A DNA stretch of 64,000 bases. Source: Phoronis australis. Taxonomy: Eukaryota; Animalia; Phoronida. Each line of letters opens with the position of its first letter. Position 1 is the stretch's first letter. The stretch spans positions 92,330 through 156,329 of the forward strand of contig NMRA01000437.1 in the NCBI GenBank assembly GCA_002633005.1. Reading direction: 5' to 3'. Shown in pieces: positions 27,665 through 39,327 of this stretch. Made by a program: the position numbers and the translations under genes. The notes beneath the pieces are model-generated. The model had not been told where the DNA came from and searched no databases. It saw only the letters and a list, made by a program, of their open reading frames with translations.

Positions 27665-27752
27665 CTTTGCCAGCGTTTAAATCATACTGTGCTCGTGACG
27701 AACTGAAACACAGGCCTATGCAGATCAAAAGTAACACTTTTGTCTCTAACAT
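27665..27752 (-). CDS. Gene B1 exon 1: signal peptide (MLETKVLLLICIGLCFSSSRA-QYDLNAGK)
   Basis: 88 nt, phase-1 gtaagt donor matches the phase of exon 2; identical length in B2. Confidence 0.9.
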
Positions 27753-27807
27753 GTCTCCTCTAAATTCTGTGAACTCAAACAACAAACAACAACCACTTGT
27801 CAGCCTC

Positions 27808-27850
27808 TATTTATAAGGATTGCCCATCCTGTTTCTGTGACCTTTGACCC
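27808..27850 (-). promoter_or_regulatory. B1 core promoter: TATAAATA (27808-27815) plus DR1 GGGTCAAAGGTCA (27838-27850)
   Basis: Both motifs conserved at identical spacing in B2. Confidence 0.7.
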
Positions 27851-29754
27851 TATAACTCATTTGAGAAAGTCTTAGCAGTTGTTTTCACTGGTGTACCACT
27901 GTGCCAGACAGGGACCTTGACTAGGGTAGGTGTGGCACTGGTTAGTCACCCTCACAAGGGGTGCATGCAGTTCTGAGAACCTGTGCTTCCTGTTAAATAA
28001 TATTGTTTCCTGCTTAGTATTGTATTTCTACCTTTTTAAACAGGTTCAGTTGATGACCAACTAAGAAAATAATGAGCTATCAATGATTTAAAGTAGACTG
28101 ACTGAACATAACGTTAACTAAGAATGTTCTGTAATTTTAGGCTTTTATTAATTTGTTATGTATGGTTGCTGTTGTTGTTATTGATGTTGTTGTTTATAAT
28201 AATTATTAGTCAAATCCACCAAAAACTTGGAACGGTACGAGTGCATTGCCGTCATGTACCTCTCTGTCAAGTTTCATTGAAATCTGCCTGTTGGTTACTA
28301 TTGTTACTTAGTCGTATACGACTTATAGGTTGTAATGCAGCATGTCTGATTTCACTCCGATTTTCTGTTGACTTTGGAAAAGTCGCATGCAACACCTCTT
28401 TCTGTGCACTCTGATTTTTATATAATTTTATGTATGTATTCACGAATCGATACCAACTCAGTAAAGTAGGGACTAGAAAAGATAGATGTCTGCTTTTGGT
28501 ATTTGGGTCTCATATCTTTTGGGGGCCGCAGCGAACTAGCAGCCGTCCACGATCTACTGAACTTGCCCTTGAACAGTTGCAGTCATTGTTCAACACTGAT
28601 ACCAGCAAAAATATTCAGGGCTTGGAATTTTCCTTTTTTAAGAGTATTTCCTCATTTTTGATTTCTATTTCTTCTTATTTTGCAGTTTACTCCTTTTTGC
28701 CTCTTTTTTCTACGTTGTTTTGGCTTGATTAGTTCAAAAACGTTTATTTCACTTAAATTTTACAACACAAATATATTTTTATCGCACAAACCCATTTATT
28801 TGTGGAGTGATACTTAACCTGGAAAATTTTCCTCTTGTTTTGTTATTTATCATTCCAAGCCAGGAGTGGATGTTTAAATAAGCTTAGTGTAACTAGATGG
28901 CAATAGAATGTGGTAAAAATTCAGTTGTTCAAAAGTTGACCCAGATCCTGATGTGAGAGATGATCCACTTTCTGATCCAGAACGTGGTGATAATGCCCCC
29001 CAGTCAGCTAAATGCAACTAAGCGTGCAATGAACGAAAGACCTTCCGAAGTACTGTATTTCTACTGACAACATCGGTATCTGAGTTCATACAATTGCACC
29101 CAAAATTCAGAATAGGTGGTTCTCAACGAGAAGAATGAAATTTGAAATGACTTAATTACAACATTTTGACAAGATTTCTGCTTCATTGTCATTTTCATTT
29201 ACTAACTAATGTGTAGAATCGTGTCATTTTAGATATGACAAGACTGCTTGATTTTAAAACAGTTTTTGAAAATTGACTACAAGACTAGTTTACTTGGGTA
29301 GGCGTTGACTTGGGTGCGAAGTAACACATTTCCTCGGTTATCAGTCATATTCTTGCTCTCAAAATCAGGGGCACTTTAGACAATAGATCGCCTGTGGATG
29401 CCAAATTTTGTTACGGCTGATTTACGAAATACAGTTCTCTCGCTGGAGGTTAACCCTTTGTTCATGCGTTGTGATTGCCTCTTTGGTCATCAGCACCAAT
29501 TACTTAAACTAATATCTTTTTGATTTCCTTTGATTTATAGGAGTATGAAATGGATGGTACCATGGTTGTACTTTTACCAAATCCTGAAAATACTCCCTAC
29601 CAGTCTTGATGTCATGACTAAAAAGCCAATATTTTTACAAAGTATGAAAAGTCTCAACTTTTGATAACACCATGCGCATTCTAGAGACAGTTCCGTGTTA
29701 TGTTTGTAGGTTTACCCCATGCATGAGACATTTGAACATCTGATTTTCTTACTA

Positions 29755-31184
29755 CCGTATTCGCCGTAATAACCACCCACGGCGCTTAGAAAAGTTCGGT
29801 TATAACCCAAGGCGGTTGAAACCTGGTCTCCGAAACGGGTGAAATCTGAAGCTAAGATTCATCAAATTTACGTTCTCTGACGTATCTGTAATCTATGAAA
29901 GACTTCCAACAAAACTGTGGTGCATTGCTATCAAACTTTGCTGCTAAATTACGATCATTTTACAGAAAATCATGCTGAAATCCCAGGGCGAAAACTTGCC
30001 GACTGACTGCCTCAAAATCGCCGTCTTCGATATGGCGACTTCAATGCTTGAATAAAAATAGTTTCGACTCAAGCAAATTACCTGAAATCCTCATTAAGTT
30101 TTCTAAGTAGCATCCCTATGACTTTTTTAAGTTCCCGTGGAGTCTAGATTTACGGCAGTTTTAAGTACAAATCTGCGCAACATTGTGCCATCTACATGTA
30201 TGATCGGTAACACGGCGAGAAAAATGTCTGGACGAACACACGTGTTGTCACGTGACATTTGTTTTGAAGTTCGTCTGCGAGTAAGCGAGCGCGTGCATGT
30301 AACCAGAGTTCATTTGACAAAGCTGAGACCGTCTTTTGGCCAGAGCCACGCAATCTAACGAGCTAGATGTGCATTGTGTCTAAAGAAATTTGCACAAGCA
30401 GTAGGCCTAAACCAGAGCGTGGTTCATTCAGCACTTGTCGGTCTCGTGCTAAAAACGTTCGACATTTGTTTCGGTAAGGCCCATATTAGTTGCCGTGTAG
30501 CTGGATGCGGTAAGGCCCATATTTGTCGCCGTGTAGCTGGATGCGTACGTAACTGTTCTGACAGTTATTTTTCGGTGTAAGGGTGTGTAAGCATTCGCTG
30601 TCAGTTGTCATTTTATCGGATATTCGGCTTAAAAACACCAATTATGGTTAATCAAACAATCCATCTAAAAAATAACGTAAACATGTTTTATAGTATTAGA
30701 AATTGTCGGAAATTAGGGCCAATATTCATTTCTTACCGATGCTATGCTACCCGTTTCATGAATGGATAGTTCCCGACTAATGTCTTTGATGACAGCTAGG
30801 TTCATATATGTAGCGCGCGCTTTCTGGCCACGTGCGTTCAACACCGAGTTATATTTATTCATGAGACAGTCGATGTGTACTGTAAGGTCAGACCACAGTG
30901 GGACACGGTCGTCGCGAAAGTAGCAACGCTGTTGCGTTCTTTTTGAAGCGCTGTGTTACTTTGAAGTGTATAGTCACGGCTAAATACAAACGTAGCAGTG
31001 CCGCTGGTGGTCTAGAAGACCCGTGCACAACTTTTTTGATAAATTGAAGACGTTACTGTAGCCAAGTTTTAGGACTGAAGGTACGCCATTGTTCGCATGT
31101 ACACGTTCATGGACTGGGCGCTTATTTCAGCAAACGCGTGGGGGGCGCTTATAGGGGCATGGGCGGTTATTACGGCGAATACGG
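29755..31184 (+). mobile_element. Complete non-autonomous pogo/Tigger-like element (1430 bp)
   Basis: TIRs ccgtattcgccgtaataacc / ggttattacggcgaatacgg; TA duplication; empty site ttttcttactctatcatg in unit 1 (~22561); internal 36-bp tandem duplication ~30470-30545. Confidence 0.9.
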
Positions 31185-31575
31185 TATATCATGTCATACT
31201 CTCTGAGTCGACGTCCAGCACGCTTTCGTCGTAAAGTGGGAAACTATCATTTTGGAATGGGCGGTAAGCCAAGTATGGATGTTGAAAAATCAAGGGTGGG
31301 TGTTTACTTGAATGTTTGATTTGCTCCAGAATCAGTACCTTCAGTGTTTTTCATCTCACAAATTTGATTACAATATGAATGAGCCAAAAAAAAACGCTTT
31401 CACTATAATCTTCTTCAGCAAACAGTAGGAATTTCTCAGCCAAACAAGAGAAAAAATCTCTTGAGAGACACTGTCTATTTCAAAGAAGTCTAGAGTGTAT
31501 AAATTTGGGGTGGGTTCAAGCCGAGCGAGTGGAGATTGGAAAGTTCAGGGGTGGATGTTGAGTGAAACGTTGGCA

Positions 31576-32413
31576 TGTCAGAATATGGTCTGACAGTATT
31601 TTTAGTTGTATTGTTTTGTTTTGTTATTATGTTTGATTGGCATGACCCCTGAGTTAAGTACAGTGATGATGTAATTTGTTTACTACAAAATAGTGTGGAA
31701 CTGTCTAGAAGACTGAGGTCAGAATAGTGATGATGTAATTTGTTTACTGCAGTATAGTGTGGAACTTTCTAGAAGACTCTAGCATGACAGTGATTACTGC
31801 AGTCTGGAATATTCTAGAGAATAGTACATGTTTGTAGAATGGTTGGGTAGATTCAAGAAAGTTCTGGTACGTGCTTGAATTGATGAAAAGTTCTAGAACA
31901 ATGCATTAGGGTATAAATACACAAGCACGGGTTTGTGTTAGTCAGTTGAGTCCAAGAAGATCACGTCAGTTCAAGAGAAGATCAAGTAAGTTCAAGAAAG
32001 TTTATCAGGAGAACTACAGTTGAGTTGCAGTGAAGAGAATCAGCAGTTACAGCGATGGTCAATAGAGAGCCAGCTACAGAGACAGCAGGTTATTGAACCG
32101 ACGAGTGTAACAGTTGCTGAACGTGTCTCAGAAGTTCATCACAAGTCAAGGCTTCGCAGCACTGGCTGGAGCATAAACAGACATTACGTCGGACGTTTTG
32201 TTTGAGTAGGCTTGTGAACGTACGGTCGGGATTAATAAAGGATTACCTCGAACCAATCTTCAGTCAATCTTCGCACCGAAAGCTATTAGCACCGGTCTGT
32301 AACAACCTGCGCCCACCCACACACGGGGGAAAAACGTGACAATTGGCGAGCACGCTAGGAGCTTACTGACGGTAACAACCTGCGCCCATCCACACACGGG
32401 GAAAAACGTGACA
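31576..32413 (+). mobile_element. LTR retrotransposon remnant: full LTR (31576-32341), PBS, then last ~42 bp of a second LTR
   Basis: TGTCA...TGACA termini; TSD tggca/aggca with a single aggca at the B1 empty site (~23249); TATA 31912; AATAAA 32234; PBS TGGCGAGCACGCTAGGAG 32344-32361. Confidence 0.88.
31697..31947 (+). promoter_or_regulatory. LTR promoter with clustered heat-shock elements, TATA box and Inr
   Basis: Perfect 3-unit nGAAn arrays at 31761-31775 and 31851-31865; one-mismatch arrays at 31697, 31806, 31885; TATAAATA 31912-31919; TCAGTT 31942-31947. Confidence 0.7.
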
Positions 32414-32496
32414 AGGCATTAACCTGTTATTTCTGCAGTAATAAACACATTTGTCAAATTTGCAATGTATGTTTAATTTGAATTTTGAATTTTGAT

Positions 32497-32502
32497 TTTA
32501 TT
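32497..32502 (-). terminator. Candidate polyadenylation signal of B2
   Basis: AATAAA on the - strand ~55 nt after the stop codon. Confidence 0.5.
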
Positions 32503-32556
32503 GATAATATTTCAGCATCTGATTTTTTAAATCGGTCAAAATGAGCCTTCATCTTC

Positions 32557-34052
32557 CTAGACGTTGACAAACCACTTGAGCGCCACCCTATCTTGGTTGT
32601 GGCCTCGTGCGATGTGTGTGCCAACTGTGTAACGAATCATGTCTCGTTTTCCTTCTGTGGTGACTATGGAGAACCACCAGTATGGGTTGGGTTGAATTTC
32701 GTACTCGTAGTGGTTACTTCTGGCTGACCGAATACTCACATGCTTGACGTTCTGAGCCGCAACTGCACCAGAGCCGGTCACGCTCAGAGCCAAGTTGTGG
32801 GCAGGGAAGGATGAGTAAGCATTTCGGCTTCCCTGAGTGACAATCTGAACCGAGGCACCACGTTTGATCGCTGATACCAGATACCTTCGGCTTCCAGCAA
32901 TGACTCTTCCATCTGATCGGTGAGACAATGCCATCTTCATTGGCCGCGTCTCGACATACCAGTTGATCACCATCTTTGAAGTGGTAATGCCTCGTGCCCT
33001 GTTTTCCCCCACATTGTATCTTGTATCCGTCACCCGTCCTGTTGTTGATTTCATTTGCCAGTACCAGTATGCATTATTCTGGAAGTGTTTTGGACCTGCT
33101 TTGCTGACGTGCCCAAGGTTTTGAACGGTAACATGTCCATTGCGAACCCATATGAAGTCCGCTTCAGTAGTGTACAAACTCCGACTTCTTTTATCTTGTG
33201 TCATCACCCTTACCCTCTTACCAGCCGCAATTTCCTTGATTAAGTCATGTTTAGAGCCAAACTTGGCCTCACCATTTTCACCACTGGTGTAGACAAGTTT
33301 CCAACAACGATCAGCGAACCAGGTAAACGATTCTTTGTCAGAATTGTGACCTCTGTCTCTGTGTTCACCTACAGTCCATCTTGACATGTCGCGGGTGCCA
33401 TCTGTTGACACAGTTGTGAACCACCAGTAAGCATTAGACTGGAAGGTGGCCACGTTTCCATATGTTCTAGTACTCACATGATTCAAGCTCTGTCCAGAAA
33501 CAAAACTGCCATCTATTGGCGCATGTAAATTTTGCATGGAAAAAGAGTATTTGTTTCCGGAAATACCTCTTATATCTGCTCCGTTGTCTGCTATAGAATC
33601 AACCAAAGAGAACAGTGCTCCACCAGCCCGGGTCCCTGATGCGATGTTTCGGTAATAAGCTACTCGACGGGGTCCAGGATATTTAACAAACCAGGAAGCT
33701 CCTACCTTTGTTTTGGTGTCTCCCCTGAATGTGCTGGCGCCCACATTGTATCTTGTCATGTGAACGTGTGCAGAAGAGCACAGAAATACCCACCACCAGT
33801 ATGCGTTATCTTGGAATCTGTCAAAGCCTCTCTTACTAACTGCCTGTAGAAGCTGGACACAAACGTCGACATTATTTGGCATGATGTGAATGTTATCAGC
33901 TTCTGCGCTATAGCCTCCGTTACCCCATGCACCAACAAAGACCCTCACTCTGGCACCTTTTCGTACTGCGTTCACCAGCTTGTGCTTGCTCCCTTCAGCA
34001 ACAGCACCTGTAGCAGTTGTCCTTAGTGCCATTGTCCACCCTATGCCACACT
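32557..34052 (-). CDS. Gene B2 exon 2: cationic paralog of B1, four Trp-rich repeats
   Basis: 1496-nt open exon after tttacag; begins (E)CGIGWTMALRTT; TAG stop. Confidence 0.95.
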
Positions 34053-36544
34053 CTGTAAATTTTAAGAAAAGAATTGTTGTCTTGAGCTAACAAAATATTT
34101 CACGCAAAATTGTCACTTTCGAGATAAACCACCGTTGCTCTGTGCATGCAATTTACTTCAGTAGGAACATTCCTGATAGACACAAGCACAGAAACTTCAG
34201 GTGTGAAACATGATATGTAAAGCCCTATTACTTCCTTGGGACACCAAATTTACTATAGGCTTGGAAACATGGGATTTGGAATTGTAGTAAGTTACATATA
34301 TTAACCATCAAGAGTGGTGAGCACTAAACTGCTTTTACATTAAAGTTGGTCCAGACTAGTTTGGGATCAATTGGGAACATATTTTAGATCAGCATGATAA
34401 ACTAGTGTATCAAACTGTCACCTTTCTCTTTATACACGGGACTGACATTTCACCATCCTAACTTTAAAGTTTCATCGAACTAAACACAAGGTGTCATGAC
34501 GTTCTACCGCAATCAGGGATTCGACAACCAAGTGCCACATCGATTCTTATTGTGAGACATGTTTAACTTTAAAATTTTTCAGTGAACAGTGAGTAGACAG
34601 ACTCGGGAAGCAACAAAGTTGAGAATGTGCGAAATGGCACGAAGTTGAATATTTAAGCTACTGTGCTGCCTGCGCCGTTCCTGCCAGGTGGGTGGGCAGA
34701 TGTCGAATCTGCAGTCAGGCAAAATTTGCAACTGTTGGGACGACGGCGGGCTATTTACACCCCAACACTATGCCTTATCTTTGTGAGAGTATCTGATACT
34801 CTTTCTCACCTCTAATTAAGTTCTTACTCTTGACCAGAAACTTCAATGGTTTTGCATCTGATGTGTACTAATTGGCTTTTAGTAGGTAATTACTATGATT
34901 TGTATGGGCACACCTTTTCAATCTTTCGACAAATTTCAAATGGTTGCATTGGTGAGTGATGACTTTGCCGAAGTGTTTTGTTTCATGACGCCGACGGACT
35001 TACACGTTCTCAGGTTGTCCAACAATGTTCGGTGAGATGCAGATGATAATTCTGGGGAACGTGCAGTAACCCTAGTGTCTTGCTAAAAAGGCAAGATTTC
35101 GCCAAGAAAATGTCACCACAAATTTTTGACGGGACCACGTGATTTTGGATGAATTTCTCTCCGCGAGACAGGGTTAGGGAGGGCCATAGAAGAGTATTAG
35201 TCAGGATTTTGTCTATCAGACATTCGCACCCCTGCATTCAGCCAAATGGAACCTGGGAGAGTTTTAGGGGGGCCATAGCCCCAATATTATGGACCCCTTG
35301 TAAATCCGCCACTGTTTATGAACACTCCCCATAAATATCATGTGACAAATCTCTGGCTTTGTCATTGATAACATGCACCCCTCAACGTTTGATGTTTGTC
35401 ATTATATCATAAGTCTCTAGTTCTTGATAATACCTCTTACAAAAGTGGAGCATTTTAAAAACAAACTATAGACGTGGTGATGACAGCGAAGATGATGATG
35501 ATGGTGGCGATGACGAACATGATGATAAAAACCATATTACAAATGAAGATGTCAAAATGAGTAATAGGCCATAATCGTGTTCAGTAGAAGGCAAACCAAC
35601 AAAAGTGACTCAAAAAAAATTCAATCAAAAAAGGAACAACATCATCTCGAAATCATGAATAATTAAAAAAAGAGATGTCCTAGCCAAAAATGGAAAATAT
35701 CTGAAAGCCTATTCAAAACTATATCTACCAGACAGTGTGGTTTCCCAGGCCACAAAGTTCTCGAAAATTGAATATCATCTAACTAAGAAACAAACGTCAA
35801 TTCTGAGAGAAAAATTGTTACAGTTCATTTGGAAGGGTAATACCTTAAGGAATCCACTTGCAAAAATTCAAGTCATCTGCTCTTCCTGTTCAAAAATGGC
35901 TCCTCAGAGCATGATGGAAAAGTGATGAAAATGCGTCATATCCGCAATTTTGAAAACAACTTCCAGTGAAACAGCACTAAGTCTTGATAATAGCTATTGG
36001 CAGGAAACTAACCCATGAAAACTTTTTAACAAATTGGTTCTACATTGCGCTCTCTACAGGCCAAAATGTTTTCATCCTAAAATTGAGGTGCCCAAATGCA
36101 GGGCCGATATTTCCACCATCTTTTACCAGAAGGTAATGATTTACGTTATGTCTAGTACACGTCTGCTGTAATAACCCTACTGATTTTCTGCTGTGTACGT
36201 CAAAAATTTTGGCCTCTACGACTTTGAATCTGAATTTGAAGGCTAAGTGGCTGCCACGACCGCCATCTTGAATCCGATCACGACGAAAACAATAGGCTTC
36301 GAGTTGTTCTGGAGCTAGAGGTTGTGTGTGAATTTCATGTGAATCGGGCAAACAATGGGACCTGTAGGGTGCGAACAATCAAAAAAATGCAAGCGCTCTG
36401 AGAAGCAGCACTTGGCGAAGTTGACCAAAAAGATGGCAATGGATGAAAGTGATGAATTTTGCCCAGTAATAAGGAATGGCCCTGGATGGCGACACAGGTG
36501 TTTGTATTTGAATTGAAGAAAATTCGCAGATTGTTTTTACTTAC

Positions 36545-36632
36545 CTTGGCCAACGTTCAAAGCATACTGTGCTTGTGACAATGTCCAACACAAGGCTGTA
36601 CAGATCACAAGAAGCAATGTTGTCTGAGACAT
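36545..36632 (-). CDS. Gene B2 exon 1: signal peptide (MSQTTLLLVICTALCWTLSQA-QYALNVGQ)
   Basis: 88 nt, phase-1 gtaagt donor; hydrophobic core followed by an S-Q-A cleavage-like site. Confidence 0.9.
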
Positions 36633-36688
36633 GTCTCTTCTTATTGATGAGAACTCCAAACAATTATCAACCTCCAGTTGTCCAACAC

Positions 36689-36731
36689 TATTTATAAGGA
36701 TTGTCCATGCTGGTTGTTCGACCTTTGACCC
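36689..36731 (-). promoter_or_regulatory. B2 core promoter: TATAAATA (36689-36696) plus DR1 GGGTCAAAGGTCG (36719-36731)
   Basis: Same 22-nt TATA-DR1 spacing as B1. Confidence 0.7.
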
Positions 36732-36959
36732 TGTCACTTTGTTAAGAAAGTTGTGTTTTGGTGTTTTCAACCTGTGTGTGGGCAACTCTGCGTGCTGACC
36801 ATGGGTAGTACTCAGTCGACTCACAAGGGGTACATTCAGTTCAGAGAAGCTGTTACTGTTGGGTGTGGTATTTCTACCTTGCAAACAGCTTCAGCCAATT
36901 GAGAAAATAATGAGCTATGATTTAGAATAAACTTATTGAACACAACATTGAGAACTTTT

Positions 36960-37554
36960 TCCTTTTCTTTTTCTTTTTTATTCATATACAAAACATAAAT
37001 ACAAAAACATGTAAGACAAAAAAATCATNAGCCATTGGCACTCTTAACGTACACGCACCCGCCCCCTCAACATACCCACCCACTTTTAGTAGAAAAAAAG
37101 TTATGGTTAACTAGTTCCTCCAGGTTGCATGGTATTCATCTAAATTACCATTATTTAATAAAATTCTTCTTTGAATATAAAATTCTCTTTCTAATATTTT
37201 AAGGAAATGGCAGAAACTTGGGATTATTTTTTACACCTGAATAGATAAATAAAATGTTCTAATTGCAAAAGTATCCAATTTAAAACTTTATTTTCATTAC
37301 TTATGGGCATGCCAAAAATCATTGTTTTTTGTCAATAACCATATTTATACCTTTTACCAACAACACCCAACTACGCGATTCTTCTATCAATTTTTTTATA
37401 TTATTGCATTCGAAAAGGATGTAATCCACCGTTTCAGTTTGTGATTGGCAGATTATACGTCAGAGACCACCAAGTTAATATTTTGAGAAAACAGTTTTAC
37501 AAGTATTCTATGTAATAGTTTAAAATGCAGTGTACATAACTTGAAATCCTATCA
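36960..37554 (-). mobile_element. 5'-truncated L1/Tx1-like LINE (ORF2 C-terminus, zf-RVT-like) in the B2 upstream region
   Basis: Decayed FKLLHRIL...CQSQTETVDYILFEC...VLNWILL..HFIY..RC; A-rich tail at the left end; agaactttt duplicated on both flanks; absent upstream of B1. Confidence 0.8.
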
Positions 37555-39327
37555 AGAACTTTTGTTGCTATTGATGTCGTTATTCATAGTTATTGTCGAA
37601 TTCGTTGAAGGTTGAGTGATAGTGCTGGTACATTGCTGTCACATATGGCCTTGTCAAGTTTCATTGAAACCTGTCAATTGGTTGTATTATTATTGCTATT
37701 ATTGTTGTTATTGTTGTTGCTATTGTCATCGTAGTTAATTGGTATACTCATTATACTTTTACTATTTTTGTTTTTTGGTGGATTCTAATATAGCACCAAT
37801 TTTAGCTTAATGTTTTACAATAACAGCAATGGAAAACACAAAATCAAGCAAGTCTACAACCCTCTGATTTTGTCGTGTACAATAGATGTATAGCAAAGTT
37901 GATTGAAAAGTTTACAATTAACTCTCAGGTATTCAGCATTTCAACCTATTAAGTCGTATGTGACTTACAGGATTGATATAGCAGCATGTCTGATTTCACT
38001 CTGATTTTTAGTTGACTCGCGAGTTGGATTGTTTTGTACAAAATCAATACGGACTGGGCAAAGTGACATTAGATAAGATTAAGTCTTGTGCATGCCATAC
38101 TGGGGTCTTCTCTCTTTGTGGGCAACTGACTGGCAAGCATCCATGACTCTGGGAAAGTTACTCTTGAAGAATAGCCATTGTTCGACACTGATTATAAGCA
38201 TCATATCCAAATGTGCTCCGCATAACTAGATGGCCATTACTAAGAAAATGAAATATTTTAACAATCATTTTGTATCTTAATGAAGAATTTTTAGCATGTA
38301 ATTATCACAGACAAAATTTCATCCACCTGCGATTTATCTTCGACATAATGGTGAGGTTTAAAGCAGTCTGCGGAACTAGTCATTACAAGTAGCTACCAAT
38401 AGGGTACCCATGGGGCACCTAGAAATTCTTGGAAGCATAAGTTTTTTATCGTTTTCATCAAGGTGGCCTCTGAAGCATTTTGGCTGGGTTGTAATTTTGA
38501 CAACCTTGAGAATTTTTAATTTACATGCAAATTAAAACCAAACCACGTTTTTGGGCTATTAACAAATAGAAAAAACGACTTTCTTATCCAGTTCTCAGAA
38601 ACAAAATAATGCTGTGTAACCCTCGACAACCCTCAACAGTTTGGAGAAAAATTTTGAAATCTGCTTTCAAAGTCTGCCAAGTGGGCAAGCGTGCTCTACA
38701 CTTTTAGCGAATTACACGCCAAGTTTGGGAAAAGACCAACCGCCAAGGACCAAAATGTCCAGTCTGTGACATAGGGAGTATGAGTTTTTAATTGATTCCT
38801 GCCTTTAACTCAGACAATTAACACCAATGATGCATTTTCAGGTGACATAACGAGGTTTGGTTAAAGTCATCAAAACAATTTTGTATAGTTTTAAGATGAC
38901 CATTGTGCAAAATTCTGCTAGGTTTTTGCTTTTAACTTTGTTACCATGGTAAGCACCATAAGTAGGTTCTCTTACTGTTTTACCTAACTGTTTGGAAGGT
39001 CAGTGAATTTTAGGAAGCTAGTTAGCAAGGGGATAAATTGTGAATTTATATTCTTTATACAAATTAAGGTCCCTGTCATTTAAAAATTTTGATCGTATAG
39101 GTGAGGTACTGAGCACCACAGGTAAATGATATTCAAATTTACATGCATTTTTCTATGGTCAATTAATGAAGCTAGTTTGCGAGCGCGGTTGCTCGCAAAT
39201 TAACTCATCTTCTGCAATAATGTTTTCCATTATTTGAGTTTGTGATGGGAACATGTTCCGTGTGTCACTGGGTTGCTCTCTGATTTGCTCCCTGCTGATA
39301 AGCAATATGATAAGAATTGGGAAATAG

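Larger units (their letters stand above)
21660..28610 (-). repeat. Tandem segmental duplication unit 1 (contains gene B1)
   Basis: Non-coding flanks align piecewise with 29525-38200 (e.g. ggagtatgaaatggat; gcagcatgtctgatttcactc); ends approximate. Confidence 0.8.
29525..38200 (-). repeat. Tandem segmental duplication unit 2 (contains gene B2)
   Basis: Paralogous to 21660-28610, interrupted by three copy-specific insertions; ends approximate. Confidence 0.8.
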
